Counted from the stretch's first letter, positions 7,856-16,238 are shown. The stretch is 36,487 nucleotides of DNA from Candidatus Zambryskibacteria bacterium CG11_big_fil_rev_8_21_14_0_20_42_18 (GCA_002787855.1 PCVB01000007.1:1-36487), one strand, 5' to 3'. Notes: generated by a model from the letters alone, not told the origin. A program made the numbers and translations.

Positions 7856-9598
7856 ATGCGCGGAATACAAAATAGACTGCGACTGCTATCAATTTTTGTA
7901 TTTCTTTTTGCTCTCTTATTAGTAGTTAGGCTCTATTTTGTACAAATAGTATCGGGAGAAGACTATAAGGCAAGAGCGGAACAGCAATATATTGCTGGAG
8001 TAAACTACTTTGACCGTGGAAGTATTTATTTCACCTCTAGAGAGGGCGTGGAGGTGCCGGCAGGGAGTACGAAAACTGGGTTCATCTTGCACATAAATCC
8101 AAATATTCTAGGGAAAAATATTGATTTGGAAAGTGTTTATGAAAAAATAAATAACATAACTCCTATAGAGAAAGAGGTTCTCCTCGCCAAAGCCCATAAA
8201 CAAAGTGACCCGTATGAAGAGCTGGCGCGAAGATTGCCTTTGGAGGAAGCGGAGAAAATAAAAGCCTTAAAAATCTCTGGTCTCTCTGTGGCCAAAGAAC
8301 GCTGGAGAGCCTACCCGGGTGAAACAACCGCGGCCCATATTATTGGACTTATGGGCTACAGTGGAGACGAATTCGCCGGGCGTTATGGACTGGAGCGTTT
8401 CTACGAACCCGTCCTTAGTAGAAGCGGGGATGGTGTCTTTGTAAATTTCTTTGCTGAAATTTTTTCTAACATAAAAAAAGCAGTCAGTGATGAAGAGAGT
8501 TTGGAGGGAAACATAGTCACAACCATAGAGCCTTCTGTGGAGGCATTTCTTGAAAGTGAGTTAGAAAAAGTAACAGAAAAATATTCCTCTGACTTCACCG
8601 GTGGCATAATTATCGACCCGAAAACTGGAGAAATATATGCTATGGCCCTCACCCCAACCTTTAATCCCAATACTCCACAAAGTGTGGGGAATCCGGACGT
8701 CTTTAGAAATAAATTGGTGGAAGATAGATATGAAATGGGCTCAATTATAAAAGCTTTGACTATGGCCATTGGCCTCGACTCTTCTGCTGTCACGGCCAAA
8801 ACTACTTATAATGACGCTGGTTGTCTCACTCTCAATAAAAAAACTTTTTGCAATTATGATGGCAAGTCCCATGGTTCTAATCTTTCAATGCAGACGGTAC
8901 TTAATAACTCTCTCAACACAGGAGCAGCCTTCGTCGTCTCGCGTGTGGGAAGTACGAAGTTTAGCAACAGCATGCTTAGCTTTGGCCTCGATACTACTAC
9001 TGGTATAGATTTGCCAAATGAAGGCAAGTCCTTGGTGTCCAATCTTCGCTCTGGACGTGATCTAGAAGCCGCCCAAGCATCATTCGGACAAGGTATCGCC
9101 CTGACACCGATAAATACAGTGCGGGCACTTTCTGCCCTGGCTAATGGTGGCACTTTGATCACGCCTCATTTGGTCAAAGAGGTTCGATATAAACTTGGAC
9201 CGACAAAACAAATTAATTATCCAACAGAAGAAGAGCGGGTGCGAGTGCTCAAACCAGAAACTTCGGTGGAAATATCGCGGATGCTTACAGAAGTGGTAGA
9301 TCGCTCTCTTAGTTATGGTAGAGTAAGACTTGACCAATATAGCATTGCCGCCAAGACGGGCACGGCGCAAATAGCCAAGTCTGGCGGATACTACGATGAC
9401 CGTTACTTACACTCCTTCTTTGGATACTTCCCATCTTATGAACCAGAGTTTTTAGTATTCCTCTTCACCTATTACCCTAAAAATGTCAGATTCGCTTCAG
9501 AAACTCTAACAGAAAGCTTTATGGACATTACAAAATTTCTTATAAATTACTACGACATCCCTCCGGATAGGGAACTACCACCTCCAACGGCGTTGTAG
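7856..9598 (+). CDS. ftsI: class B penicillin-binding protein / peptidoglycan D,D-transpeptidase (FtsI-like)
   Basis: N-terminal TM helix. SIIK (SxxK), SLN (SxN) and KTGTA (KTG) motifs. Located in the dcw block. Confidence 0.88.
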   Translation: MRGIQNRLRLLSIFVFLFALLLVVRLYFVQIVSGEDYKARAEQQYIAGVNYFDRGSIYFTSREGVEVPAGSTKTGFILHINPNILGKNIDLESVYEKINNITPIEKEVLLAKAHKQSDPYEELARRLPLEEAEKIKALKISGLSVAKERWRAYPGETTAAHIIGLMGYSGDEFAGRYGLERFYEPVLSRSGDGVFVNFFAEIFSNIKKAVSDEESLEGNIVTTIEPSVEAFLESELEKVTEKYSSDFTGGIIIDPKTGEIYAMALTPTFNPNTPQSVGNPDVFRNKLVEDRYEMGSIIKALTMAIGLDSSAVTAKTTYNDAGCLTLNKKTFCNYDGKSHGSNLSMQTVLNNSLNTGAAFVVSRVGSTKFSNSMLSFGLDTTTGIDLPNEGKSLVSNLRSGRDLEAAQASFGQGIALTPINTVRALSALANGGTLITPHLVKEVRYKLGPTKQINYPTEEERVRVLKPETSVEISRMLTEVVDRSLSYGRVRLDQYSIAAKTGTAQIAKSGGYYDDRYLHSFFGYFPSYEPEFLVFLFTYYPKNVRFASETLTESFMDITKFLINYYDIPPDRELPPPTAL

Positions 9599-9618
9599 TT
9601 TTAAGTTTTATTAAAATA

Positions 9619-9900
9619 CTATTTATCATCTTCTGGATTCTTTAAATCAGCCATTTGAATAGGGCTTTGTACTCTTGCAGGCTTCATATCTATTTCTCCA
9701 AATTGTTTTTCGTAATTTTGTATTTGCTCATTTAACCAAATAGATATACTTTTCATAATTTGTGGAGTTGTAGCAAAAGAATCAAGGTTGTTTCCAGAAG
9801 TAAATGCAAAAGAGAAAAGATCTCTACCATGAGCACCAATTGCCCCGTCTACAAATTTTTTTGGCAGTTGGTTCATATCTACTTTTTTTGGATCTATCAT
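9619..9900 (-). CDS. DUF3467-like small protein
   Basis: 93 aa. The ...FSFAF...TPQIMKSISIWLNEQIQNYEKQFGEI pattern resembles the DUF3467 family as I recall it. Confidence 0.5.
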   Translation of the reverse strand: MIDPKKVDMNQLPKKFVDGAIGAHGRDLFSFAFTSGNNLDSFATTPQIMKSISIWLNEQIQNYEKQFGEIDMKPARVQSPIQMADLKNPEDDK

Positions 9901-9975
9901 GTTTGTATTCTTAAGCTTAATAAGGGGTAATTATACAACATTTCGTGACCCTACGGGGCCACTTTGCTATGGTTG

Positions 9976-10950
9976 TTACACCTCGCTAATTACCTCAAAA
10001 CCACTAAAGCTTCCAGTAATAGATAGGGCAATAATGGTATCTGCCACTTGTTGATTTTTAATTTTCTTCGCCGTCTCATTTATGGTGGCCCCTGAACCCA
10101 AGGCGTCATCTATAAGTAAGATAGTCTTAAATTTTTTTATTTCATCTACCACAATCGTTCTTTTAGCGTTCTCTATACGATCCTCAAGCTTGTTGAGAGT
10201 TTTTTGCGGGACGATGACAGGAGTTTTTACTTTGACCAACGAAATCTTAGGGGTGGTAAGATGGAGCTGTCGCTCAAGCTCTCGCATAAGTTGTATTTCT
10301 CGCTTGACCGTAGGTGGGATAAATCCTACAGCATCAATTTTGTACTTCTTTATTAATTCTGCTATTTGAGGACGGATTTGGTCTACTAATTCTTTTATCA
10401 ATCCTCGATTTTGACTCTGCTTGGCATAGAGTAAAAGTTGTCCGAGCTTGGTCTTACCAAAGCGTTCAATACTGTAGAAATCAAGATAAAAAAGCTTGTT
10501 TACAGATGTATCGGGGAAAGTTCCTTTCAGTTTGTACATTCCGTTTATCAGTCCATCCTTTTTATATGGTTTATATTTCTTGAGAGTTTCAATGTATTCC
10601 TTCGCGGTCTTCTCAAGAGGGTCTTTTCTTTTGAGGCACCAACTTATAAAGCCTTCAAATCCTTCCTGTCTTTCTCCTGATGGCGTGATGTTGAGAAAAT
10701 TATCATCAATAACTTTCTTGGTCTTTTCATCAACCGTATTTTTTTCCTTTTTTATCTTGTCTTCAGCAAGAAGATAAAAGACTTTTGGCGGTCTTCCTAT
10801 TTTGTATATCAAACCTTCCTCAAGCATAGAGCTTAGTTGTTTTCGAATAGCTCGTGAGGTAATGTTAAAATGATGAGTCAGTTCGTTGCCTGAAGCCTGT
10901 CCTTTCTTTTTTATGTATTCGAGTATTTTTTCAGATGTTTTTTCTTTCAC
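9976..10950 (-). CDS. winged-HTH domain fused to a ComF-like phosphoribosyltransferase domain
   Basis: N-terminal ILEYIKKKGQASGNELTHHFNITSRAIRKQLSSMLEEGLIYKIG (wHTH). C-terminal AVGFIPPT...PQKTL...R..N and the PRPP loop ILLIDDALGSGATINETAKKI. GTG start. Confidence 0.7.
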   Translation of the reverse strand: MKEKTSEKILEYIKKKGQASGNELTHHFNITSRAIRKQLSSMLEEGLIYKIGRPPKVFYLLAEDKIKKEKNTVDEKTKKVIDDNFLNITPSGERQEGFEGFISWCLKRKDPLEKTAKEYIETLKKYKPYKKDGLINGMYKLKGTFPDTSVNKLFYLDFYSIERFGKTKLGQLLLYAKQSQNRGLIKELVDQIRPQIAELIKKYKIDAVGFIPPTVKREIQLMRELERQLHLTTPKISLVKVKTPVIVPQKTLNKLEDRIENAKRTIVVDEIKKFKTILLIDDALGSGATINETAKKIKNQQVADTIIALSITGSFSGFEVISEV

Positions 10951-10956
10951 GGTGAA

Positions 10957-10962
10957 ATAATA
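10957..10962 (-). promoter_or_regulatory. -10 element TATTAT 6 nt upstream of the GTG start of the HTH-ComF-like gene
   Basis: The minus strand reads TATTAT-ttcacc-GTG. Confidence 0.45.
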
Positions 10963-10973
10963 GCATTAAATAT

Positions 10974-11010
10974 AAAAAGTTCCTAGTTCCCAGTGAACTA
11001 GGAACTTTTT
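10974..11010. terminator. bidirectional rho-independent terminator (downstream of tRNA-Glu)
   Basis: AAAAA-GTTCCTAGTTC-ccagt-GAACTAGGAAC-TTTTT. Perfect 11-bp stem with A5/T5 flanks. Confidence 0.85.
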
Positions 11011-11016
11011 ATATTG

Positions 11017-11088
11017 TGACCCTACGGAGAATCGAACTCCGCTTCCAGCCTTGAGAAGGCTGTGTCCTAGCCGATAGACGATAGGGCC
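11017..11088 (-). tRNA. tRNA-Glu (anticodon CUC), 72 nt, CCA not encoded
   Basis: Hand-folded cloverleaf. Acceptor stem GGCCCTA/TAGGGTC; D-stem GTCT/GGAC. Anticodon stem CAGCC/GGCTG with loop TTCTCAA. 4-nt variable loop. T-arm CGGAG-TTCGATT-CTCCG. Discriminator A. Confidence 0.9.
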
Positions 11089-11098
11089 TTATTTTCAG

Positions 11099-11104
11099 AT
11101 TATA
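11099..11104 (-). promoter_or_regulatory. -10 element TATAAT 10 nt upstream of the tRNA-Glu 5' end
   Basis: The minus strand reads cgTATAATctgaaaataa-GGCCC. A weak -35 (TACACA) lies at a 17-nt spacing. Confidence 0.45.
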
Positions 11105-11216
11105 CGACAAGATCATCCCCTTGTGTAGTTTATTCCAATATTCTGCAGAATTAGGGTATAACAAATATTGTTAAAATTTTAATCAATTTAATTAAGAATT
11201 TGTTATAATGCCGTTA

Positions 11217-11288
11217 ATGACTTTTCGAGAACAAGTTTATAAGGTGGTGGGAAAAATTCCTAAAGGAGAGGAAGGAAGGCTATCTTAA
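11217..11288 (+). pseudogene. 23-codon remnant of an MGMT/Ogt-family (methylated-DNA-protein-cysteine methyltransferase DNA-binding domain) gene
   Basis: MTFREQVYKVVGKIPKG then EEGRLS-stop. This matches the F..VY..V..IP.G N-terminal signature of the family and breaks off where the nrdJ 3' end begins. It is preceded by TGTTATAAT-N7-ATG. Confidence 0.45.
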
Positions 11289-13630
11289 TTAGTAGAAGCG
11301 CTGGCCCTGACTGGATTATCAAGAACGGCATCAATCTCGCAGACATTGCCGGCGCAGGCCAACTCTTTTTTAAGTTCAGTCTCGTCAAAATGTTCATAGG
11401 TAACAAGCTTGGCATAGTCCACCACGGGGAAATTAGCCACAAGCTCGTCATAGCGTTTCTTGTCAATAATCTCGTATGGAGCTAGACGATAGACGTGCTC
11501 AAAGCGAGGCAGGAAAGAAAGACCGCCAATGATATCCCAATTTTTTTGTAACCAATCAACAACGCTGATCCACTCATCTTCGCTGACAGAAATAGTGGCG
11601 GAAGGATTGTGTTCAGTGAAATTAAGCTTTACATTCTTCCAATATTCAAGCTGATCAAGTGCGGAGAGATCATCCTTAAAGACTGACCCGGCTGGCGCTT
11701 CAACAGGAAACTCCAAGACAAAAGTGTTAGCCGTATCTATAGACTGACCGACTTCGGGATAGTAGGGAACCCCCTGGTCCTTTAGCATTTTGAAGAGCGA
11801 GTCTGTAGCAGAAATACGTACTCGACGAATGTAATATTTGGAGTGACGTGGGTGAATGCCTGAAGAGCAATTAAATGTTTGAGAAACAGTACCGGAAGGT
11901 TTGACCGCGGTAATGGACATCGAATGATTAATTCCGAAACGCTTAGCATAGGTGGCGTTAGTTTCAATGGCCATGTCGCGTAAGGCCTTTAAAGTCTCTG
12001 GCTGTCGAGCCACTTCCGAATCCCATTGACCGGTTACAGATACGCCGAGCAAACGTTCGGCTTCACAATGTTTAGTCCAATCCTTAGAAATGTATCTAAA
12101 CTTCGTTAAGGTAGACTGGTAGGTTCCTAAAATAGAGGCCAAGCGAGCTTTGCGCACTAGATTTTCTTTGGTATCACCAGCTCGAGCGATAATTTCCGAA
12201 AGATTACAGAATTGTTTAGATTGCAAAATAATTTCCGCGCAGGGATTCGTACCAATAGGGCCCTTAACCACGCCATCCTCGTCAATGAAGCCCATCCTTT
12301 TGAAATACTTGGCGCGTCGTTTAGGCAAAGTTATTCCAATAGAACCACGGTTGAAGATACCGCGCTCGCCGGCGCCACTTTTCATCAAGGCCACCCATTC
12401 TTCCATAAGTTCAGTGTTAGTTGGTCTGGTCTCATAAACGGCAGAGTTATTAGCCAATGAACGCTGTGGTTCTGTGAGAAAAAATTGGCCCTTTTTGGCA
12501 TCGCGAAGTTCAGTATCATCTAGGTCAGAGAGGCTAATCATAGCCGTTCTACGAACACCACCAGATACTACTCCCTCGCCAATCTTACAAATGATATCGT
12601 GAGCATCTATACTGCGCAGACGACGACCCTGTCGGCGAAGAATCTTCTCACGAGCGAAGTCTAGAATAGAACGAAGAGGTTCTGGGCCAGAAGCTTTACC
12701 GCCCATAGTCTTAAGTCTAGCTCCAGCTGGTCTGACTAGAGAATAATCAAATCCAATATCATGGCCGGCGTACCAAGTCTTCAGCCCTAAGGTCAAAGCA
12801 TCGCCCCAACCTTCTTTCGAATCAGCAACAACATGAGTTAGTAATTTCTTTTTTGTTTGTTTTTTAATTTGTGGAAGTTTTTCAATATTCTGACTCTCGA
12901 CAGAGAAGCCCACCCCACAACCTTGCATGGAGAGATACATTATTTCGGCAAAATCAGTAAGTTTTGTTGGAGCAATGAAAGCGCAGTTGTAAGCGCAAGT
13001 GTTACATCTACGTGCAGGGTCTCCAGAAAATTGCATCATACGCATCGAAGGCATTACTTCTTGTTTGAGTATAGCTTCACGTAGTTCCAAATATTCTTTT
13101 TCTGAAAGTTTGTCACCAAGATTCTCTTTCATAAAATTTACGTAACGATCAACTGTCTCAACCCACGTCTCTCGACGATTTTCAGACTCGATCCACTTCG
13201 CATAAGTACGTAGATAGACAAACTCACCAAGGGCATTGTTTTTAAAATATTGCTTACTCTCTTTTGCTAGAGAGCGGACACGATCAGGGACATCACCACG
13301 CATGTCGCGCACACGATTGCGTTCGGCTCTATAGATAATGTATTGTTTGGCCGTTGTAGAAAACTTCTGAAACATCAATTCCGATTCAACCAAGTCTTGC
13401 ACACCCTCAACTGTGGGAACAAATTGAGAATCTCTCTCTTTTTGTAAAAATAATTTCTTAGAAATAGCTTCTGCTATTTTTATTGGCACCCCAGCACGAA
13501 ATTCTCCTGCCGCAAGCATGGCTTTTTCCACAGCGCGGGCAATTTTTTCTTTATCAAAGGAGACAACAGATCCATCTCGCTTAATTATTTTGTTAAGAAC
13601 TGACTTATGAACAATGGTTTTTTTCTTCAC
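11285..13630 (-). CDS. nrdJ: adenosylcobalamin-dependent (class II) ribonucleotide reductase with N-terminal ATP-cone
   Basis: 781 aa. ATP-cone segment IIKRDGSVVSFDKEKIARAVEKA. Active-site segment TNPCAEI...FCNLSEI. C-terminal cysteine pair CAGNVC. GTG start. Confidence 0.85.
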   Translation of the reverse strand: MKKKTIVHKSVLNKIIKRDGSVVSFDKEKIARAVEKAMLAAGEFRAGVPIKIAEAISKKLFLQKERDSQFVPTVEGVQDLVESELMFQKFSTTAKQYIIYRAERNRVRDMRGDVPDRVRSLAKESKQYFKNNALGEFVYLRTYAKWIESENRRETWVETVDRYVNFMKENLGDKLSEKEYLELREAILKQEVMPSMRMMQFSGDPARRCNTCAYNCAFIAPTKLTDFAEIMYLSMQGCGVGFSVESQNIEKLPQIKKQTKKKLLTHVVADSKEGWGDALTLGLKTWYAGHDIGFDYSLVRPAGARLKTMGGKASGPEPLRSILDFAREKILRRQGRRLRSIDAHDIICKIGEGVVSGGVRRTAMISLSDLDDTELRDAKKGQFFLTEPQRSLANNSAVYETRPTNTELMEEWVALMKSGAGERGIFNRGSIGITLPKRRAKYFKRMGFIDEDGVVKGPIGTNPCAEIILQSKQFCNLSEIIARAGDTKENLVRKARLASILGTYQSTLTKFRYISKDWTKHCEAERLLGVSVTGQWDSEVARQPETLKALRDMAIETNATYAKRFGINHSMSITAVKPSGTVSQTFNCSSGIHPRHSKYYIRRVRISATDSLFKMLKDQGVPYYPEVGQSIDTANTFVLEFPVEAPAGSVFKDDLSALDQLEYWKNVKLNFTEHNPSATISVSEDEWISVVDWLQKNWDIIGGLSFLPRFEHVYRLAPYEIIDKKRYDELVANFPVVDYAKLVTYEHFDETELKKELACAGNVCEIDAVLDNPVRASASTN

Positions 13631-13684
13631 GGCGTATTGTGATTAAGCTGATAATTATTACTCTATTATAGTTCTCGTAAGTAC

Positions 13685-14158
13685 CTAGGAGGAAGAAAAA
13701 TCTGGGGAGAAGAGACTATCGATTATCTCTTTAACGAGAGCTCCATCCGTTTTGCCCTTTAGTTCCTTCATTATCGTTCCGATAAATTGATTTTTTTTAG
13801 ATAGGTCAGCCATATTAAGTTCGGCCTGTCTAGACTTTACATACTCGATTATTTCTTCTCTAGACATTTGGAGAGGGAGGTAAATTTCAAGAATTTCCAG
13901 TTCTGCTTTTTCTGTTTCCGCTAAATCACTACGGCCACCTTTTTCAAACTGTTCGATAGAATCTTTTCTCTGCTTCACTGCTCTTATAATCACATTGAGA
14001 ACCTCCTCATCTGAAAGTTCTTCGTCTGGTTTTCTTTTTTTGGCAACAGCTTCATTGGTAAAAGAAGATAGAAGACCTCGCAAGACGTTAAGTCTCAATG
14101 TATCTTTGGCTCTTAGAGCATTTTTTACCTCTTCTCTAATATCTTGGTGTAATGACAT
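13685..14158 (-). CDS. GatB/YqeY domain protein
   Basis: 157 aa. IREEVKNALRAKD..RLNVLRGLLS...EEVLNVI...KQRKDSIEQFEKGGR.DLAE.E..EL.ILE.YLP is typical of YqeY. Confidence 0.85.
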   Translation of the reverse strand: MSLHQDIREEVKNALRAKDTLRLNVLRGLLSSFTNEAVAKKRKPDEELSDEEVLNVIIRAVKQRKDSIEQFEKGGRSDLAETEKAELEILEIYLPLQMSREEIIEYVKSRQAELNMADLSKKNQFIGTIMKELKGKTDGALVKEIIDSLFSPDFSSS

Positions 14159-14164
14159 ATATCT

Positions 14165-14172
14165 ATTATAAT
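14165..14172. promoter_or_regulatory. palindromic ATTATAAT giving a TATAAT -10 hexamer on both strands, each 6 nt from a start codon
   Basis: Plus strand: TATAAT 14167-14172, acagga, ATG 14179. Minus strand: TATAAT 14170-14165, agatat, ATG 14158. Confidence 0.6.
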
Positions 14173-14178
14173 ACAGGA

Positions 14179-15240
14179 ATGAGCAATCTCATTCTAGTAG
14201 TTGTTATCCTCTTGGTAGTGATAAATGCTGTAGCGCTTTTTATCTTTGCCAAAAAATTTGGTGATAAAAAAAATAGTGATGATAATGGGGGAGAGGGGAT
14301 GAAACTTCTTCTAACGCAACTCAATGAATTCTCGCGTACTGTGGATCAGAAAATGTCGGAGACAAATAAAATGATGAATGAATCGGTGCGCGCACAATTC
14401 GGCGAGTCGGCCAAACTTATCCGCGAAGTGACCCAAGGTCTAACTAAACTTGATGAGACCAATAAACAAGTAATCTCTTTTACAGACCAACTGCAATCTC
14501 TCCAAGACATTTTGAAAAATCCCAAGCAACGTGGAGTCTTGGGTGAATACTATCTAGAAACTCTTTTGAAAAATGTTCTGCCACCCGGCTCCTACCAAAT
14601 GCAGTACGCCTTCCCAGACGGGAGCATTGTGGACGCTGTGGTCTTCGTCAAAGATAAGATTATTCCTATTGACTCAAAGTTCTCACTTGAGAACTACAAT
14701 CGCATCATAGAAGAGAAAAATGAGATCGAGAAAGAGAAACTAGAGAAAATCTTTGTCGCCGACTTAAAGATGCGCATTACAGAAACTGGTAAGTATATCC
14801 AACCGGGGCAGGGAACTATGGACTTTGCCTTCATGTTTATCCCTCACGAGGCCATCTACTACGACTTAATCATAAACAAGATTGGAGCGCTTAAAGAAGA
14901 CTCGGAAACGCTTATCCAGCGAGCGGCCTCTAAAGACCATGTGCTTATCGTCTCTCCGACATCGTTCTTGGCTTACCTCCAAACAGTGCTTCAGGGCCTA
15001 AATGCTCTCCATATTGAAGAAAAGGCTGTAGAAATCATCAAAAGAGTGGAAGAGCTTGGTAAACATCTAAAAAATTACGAAGAATACTACTCTAAGCTTG
15101 GTAACTCCCTTTCAACCACTATAAACCATTATAATGCCGGCTATAAGGAGCTTGGTAAGGTAGATAAAGACGTTTTGCGTATAACTGGCACGGGAGCGGG
15201 GCTAGAGCCGTTGACTTTGGACAAACCATCTGTAGAATGA
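14179..15240 (+). CDS. rmuC: DNA recombination protein RmuC
   Basis: N-terminal TM helix, coiled coil, then GEYYLETLL...PDGSIVDAVVF..DKIIPIDSKFSLENY and FMFIPHEAIY. Start set at ATG 14179, because the track start at 14152 overlaps yqeY. Confidence 0.88.
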   Translation: MSNLILVVVILLVVINAVALFIFAKKFGDKKNSDDNGGEGMKLLLTQLNEFSRTVDQKMSETNKMMNESVRAQFGESAKLIREVTQGLTKLDETNKQVISFTDQLQSLQDILKNPKQRGVLGEYYLETLLKNVLPPGSYQMQYAFPDGSIVDAVVFVKDKIIPIDSKFSLENYNRIIEEKNEIEKEKLEKIFVADLKMRITETGKYIQPGQGTMDFAFMFIPHEAIYYDLIINKIGALKEDSETLIQRAASKDHVLIVSPTSFLAYLQTVLQGLNALHIEEKAVEIIKRVEELGKHLKNYEEYYSKLGNSLSTTINHYNAGYKELGKVDKDVLRITGTGAGLEPLTLDKPSVE

Positions 15241-15247
15241 AGTCCCT

Positions 15248-15637
15248 ATGGTTAAAGCTGAAACAACCACAAAAAAGGTAGTAAAAAAGGCCATTAAGAA
15301 AACCTCAGATAAGGCCTTGTTTGCAGTCTTTGCCACCGGAGGCAAGCAATACCGTGTCTCCACGGGTGACTTGGTAAAGATAGAGAAACTAGCTGGCGAT
15401 GAGCATAAAGAAGGGGAGAAGCTAGTCTTCGACCATGTACTCCTAGTGGATAATGGGGAAAGCGAGACTACCATCGGTACGCCCTTTATCAAAGGCGCGA
15501 AGGTGGAAGCTACTTTAAATAAAATTGGCCGATACAAAACTGTCGACGTTATCAAATATAAACAAAAGTCTCGTTACTTCAAAAAATACGGTCACCGCCA
15601 ACCATATTTCGAAATCAAAATAAGTTCAATTATTTAG
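15248..15637 (+). CDS. rplU: 50S ribosomal protein L21 with ~24-aa Lys-rich N-terminal extension
   Basis: FAVFATGGKQYRVSTGDLVKIEKL...KYKQKSRYFKKYGHRQPYFEIKI. Confidence 0.92.
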   Translation: MVKAETTTKKVVKKAIKKTSDKALFAVFATGGKQYRVSTGDLVKIEKLAGDEHKEGEKLVFDHVLLVDNGESETTIGTPFIKGAKVEATLNKIGRYKTVDVIKYKQKSRYFKKYGHRQPYFEIKISSII

Positions 15638-16238
15638 TTCTGTGTAGGAATGCATTCTTGAGAGTTTCGGGATCAGCGTATTCAAGTTCAGAACCCGTAG
15701 AGAGACCTCGGCCCAAGGTTGAGAAGATAACGGGCAAGTCTTTATACTTTTGTTTTATAAACTCTGCCGTGTTTTCTCCATCAAGGTTTGCATTCATGGC
15801 TAGGATAATTTCTTTCAATCCATCTTTAACCCCCTTCTTTATTCTCGTGGCTAATTCTTTATCCCGAATTCTTTTCTCGGGTTCTTTTTCTAAAATCGGT
15901 ATCACTCCACCTAAGATAAAATAGAGACCCTTGTAACTACCCGCTCTCTCTAAAGATTCGCAATCCACATCTCTCGGCACAACCATAAGCATGGAGGTTT
16001 CCCTCGACTCATCTGAACAGATAGAACATAGCGACTGCCTCGAACTTTCTAATGGAAAAAATCTCATGCAGGCTTGGCACTGAATAATCTCTTTCTTCAG
16101 ACTTTGAATCGCTTTTACGAGCTCTCCAGAATAATCACCATTTCTTGACAGAAGAAAATATACAAAACGCTTGGCTTGTCTCGGTCCAATACCCGGTAGA
16201 CGAGAGAATATCTCCGAAAGTTTTTCTATTGAATTCAT
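15630..16238 (-). CDS. recR: recombination protein RecR
   Basis: LPGIGPRQAKRFVYFLL, the C4 zinc finger CQAC...CSIC, and a Toprim region. Start set at ATG 16238 (MNSIEKL), 4 nt after the dnaB stop. Confidence 0.9.
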   Translation of the reverse strand: MNSIEKLSEIFSRLPGIGPRQAKRFVYFLLSRNGDYSGELVKAIQSLKKEIIQCQACMRFFPLESSRQSLCSICSDESRETSMLMVVPRDVDCESLERAGSYKGLYFILGGVIPILEKEPEKRIRDKELATRIKKGVKDGLKEIILAMNANLDGENTAEFIKQKYKDLPVIFSTLGRGLSTGSELEYADPETLKNAFLHRTK

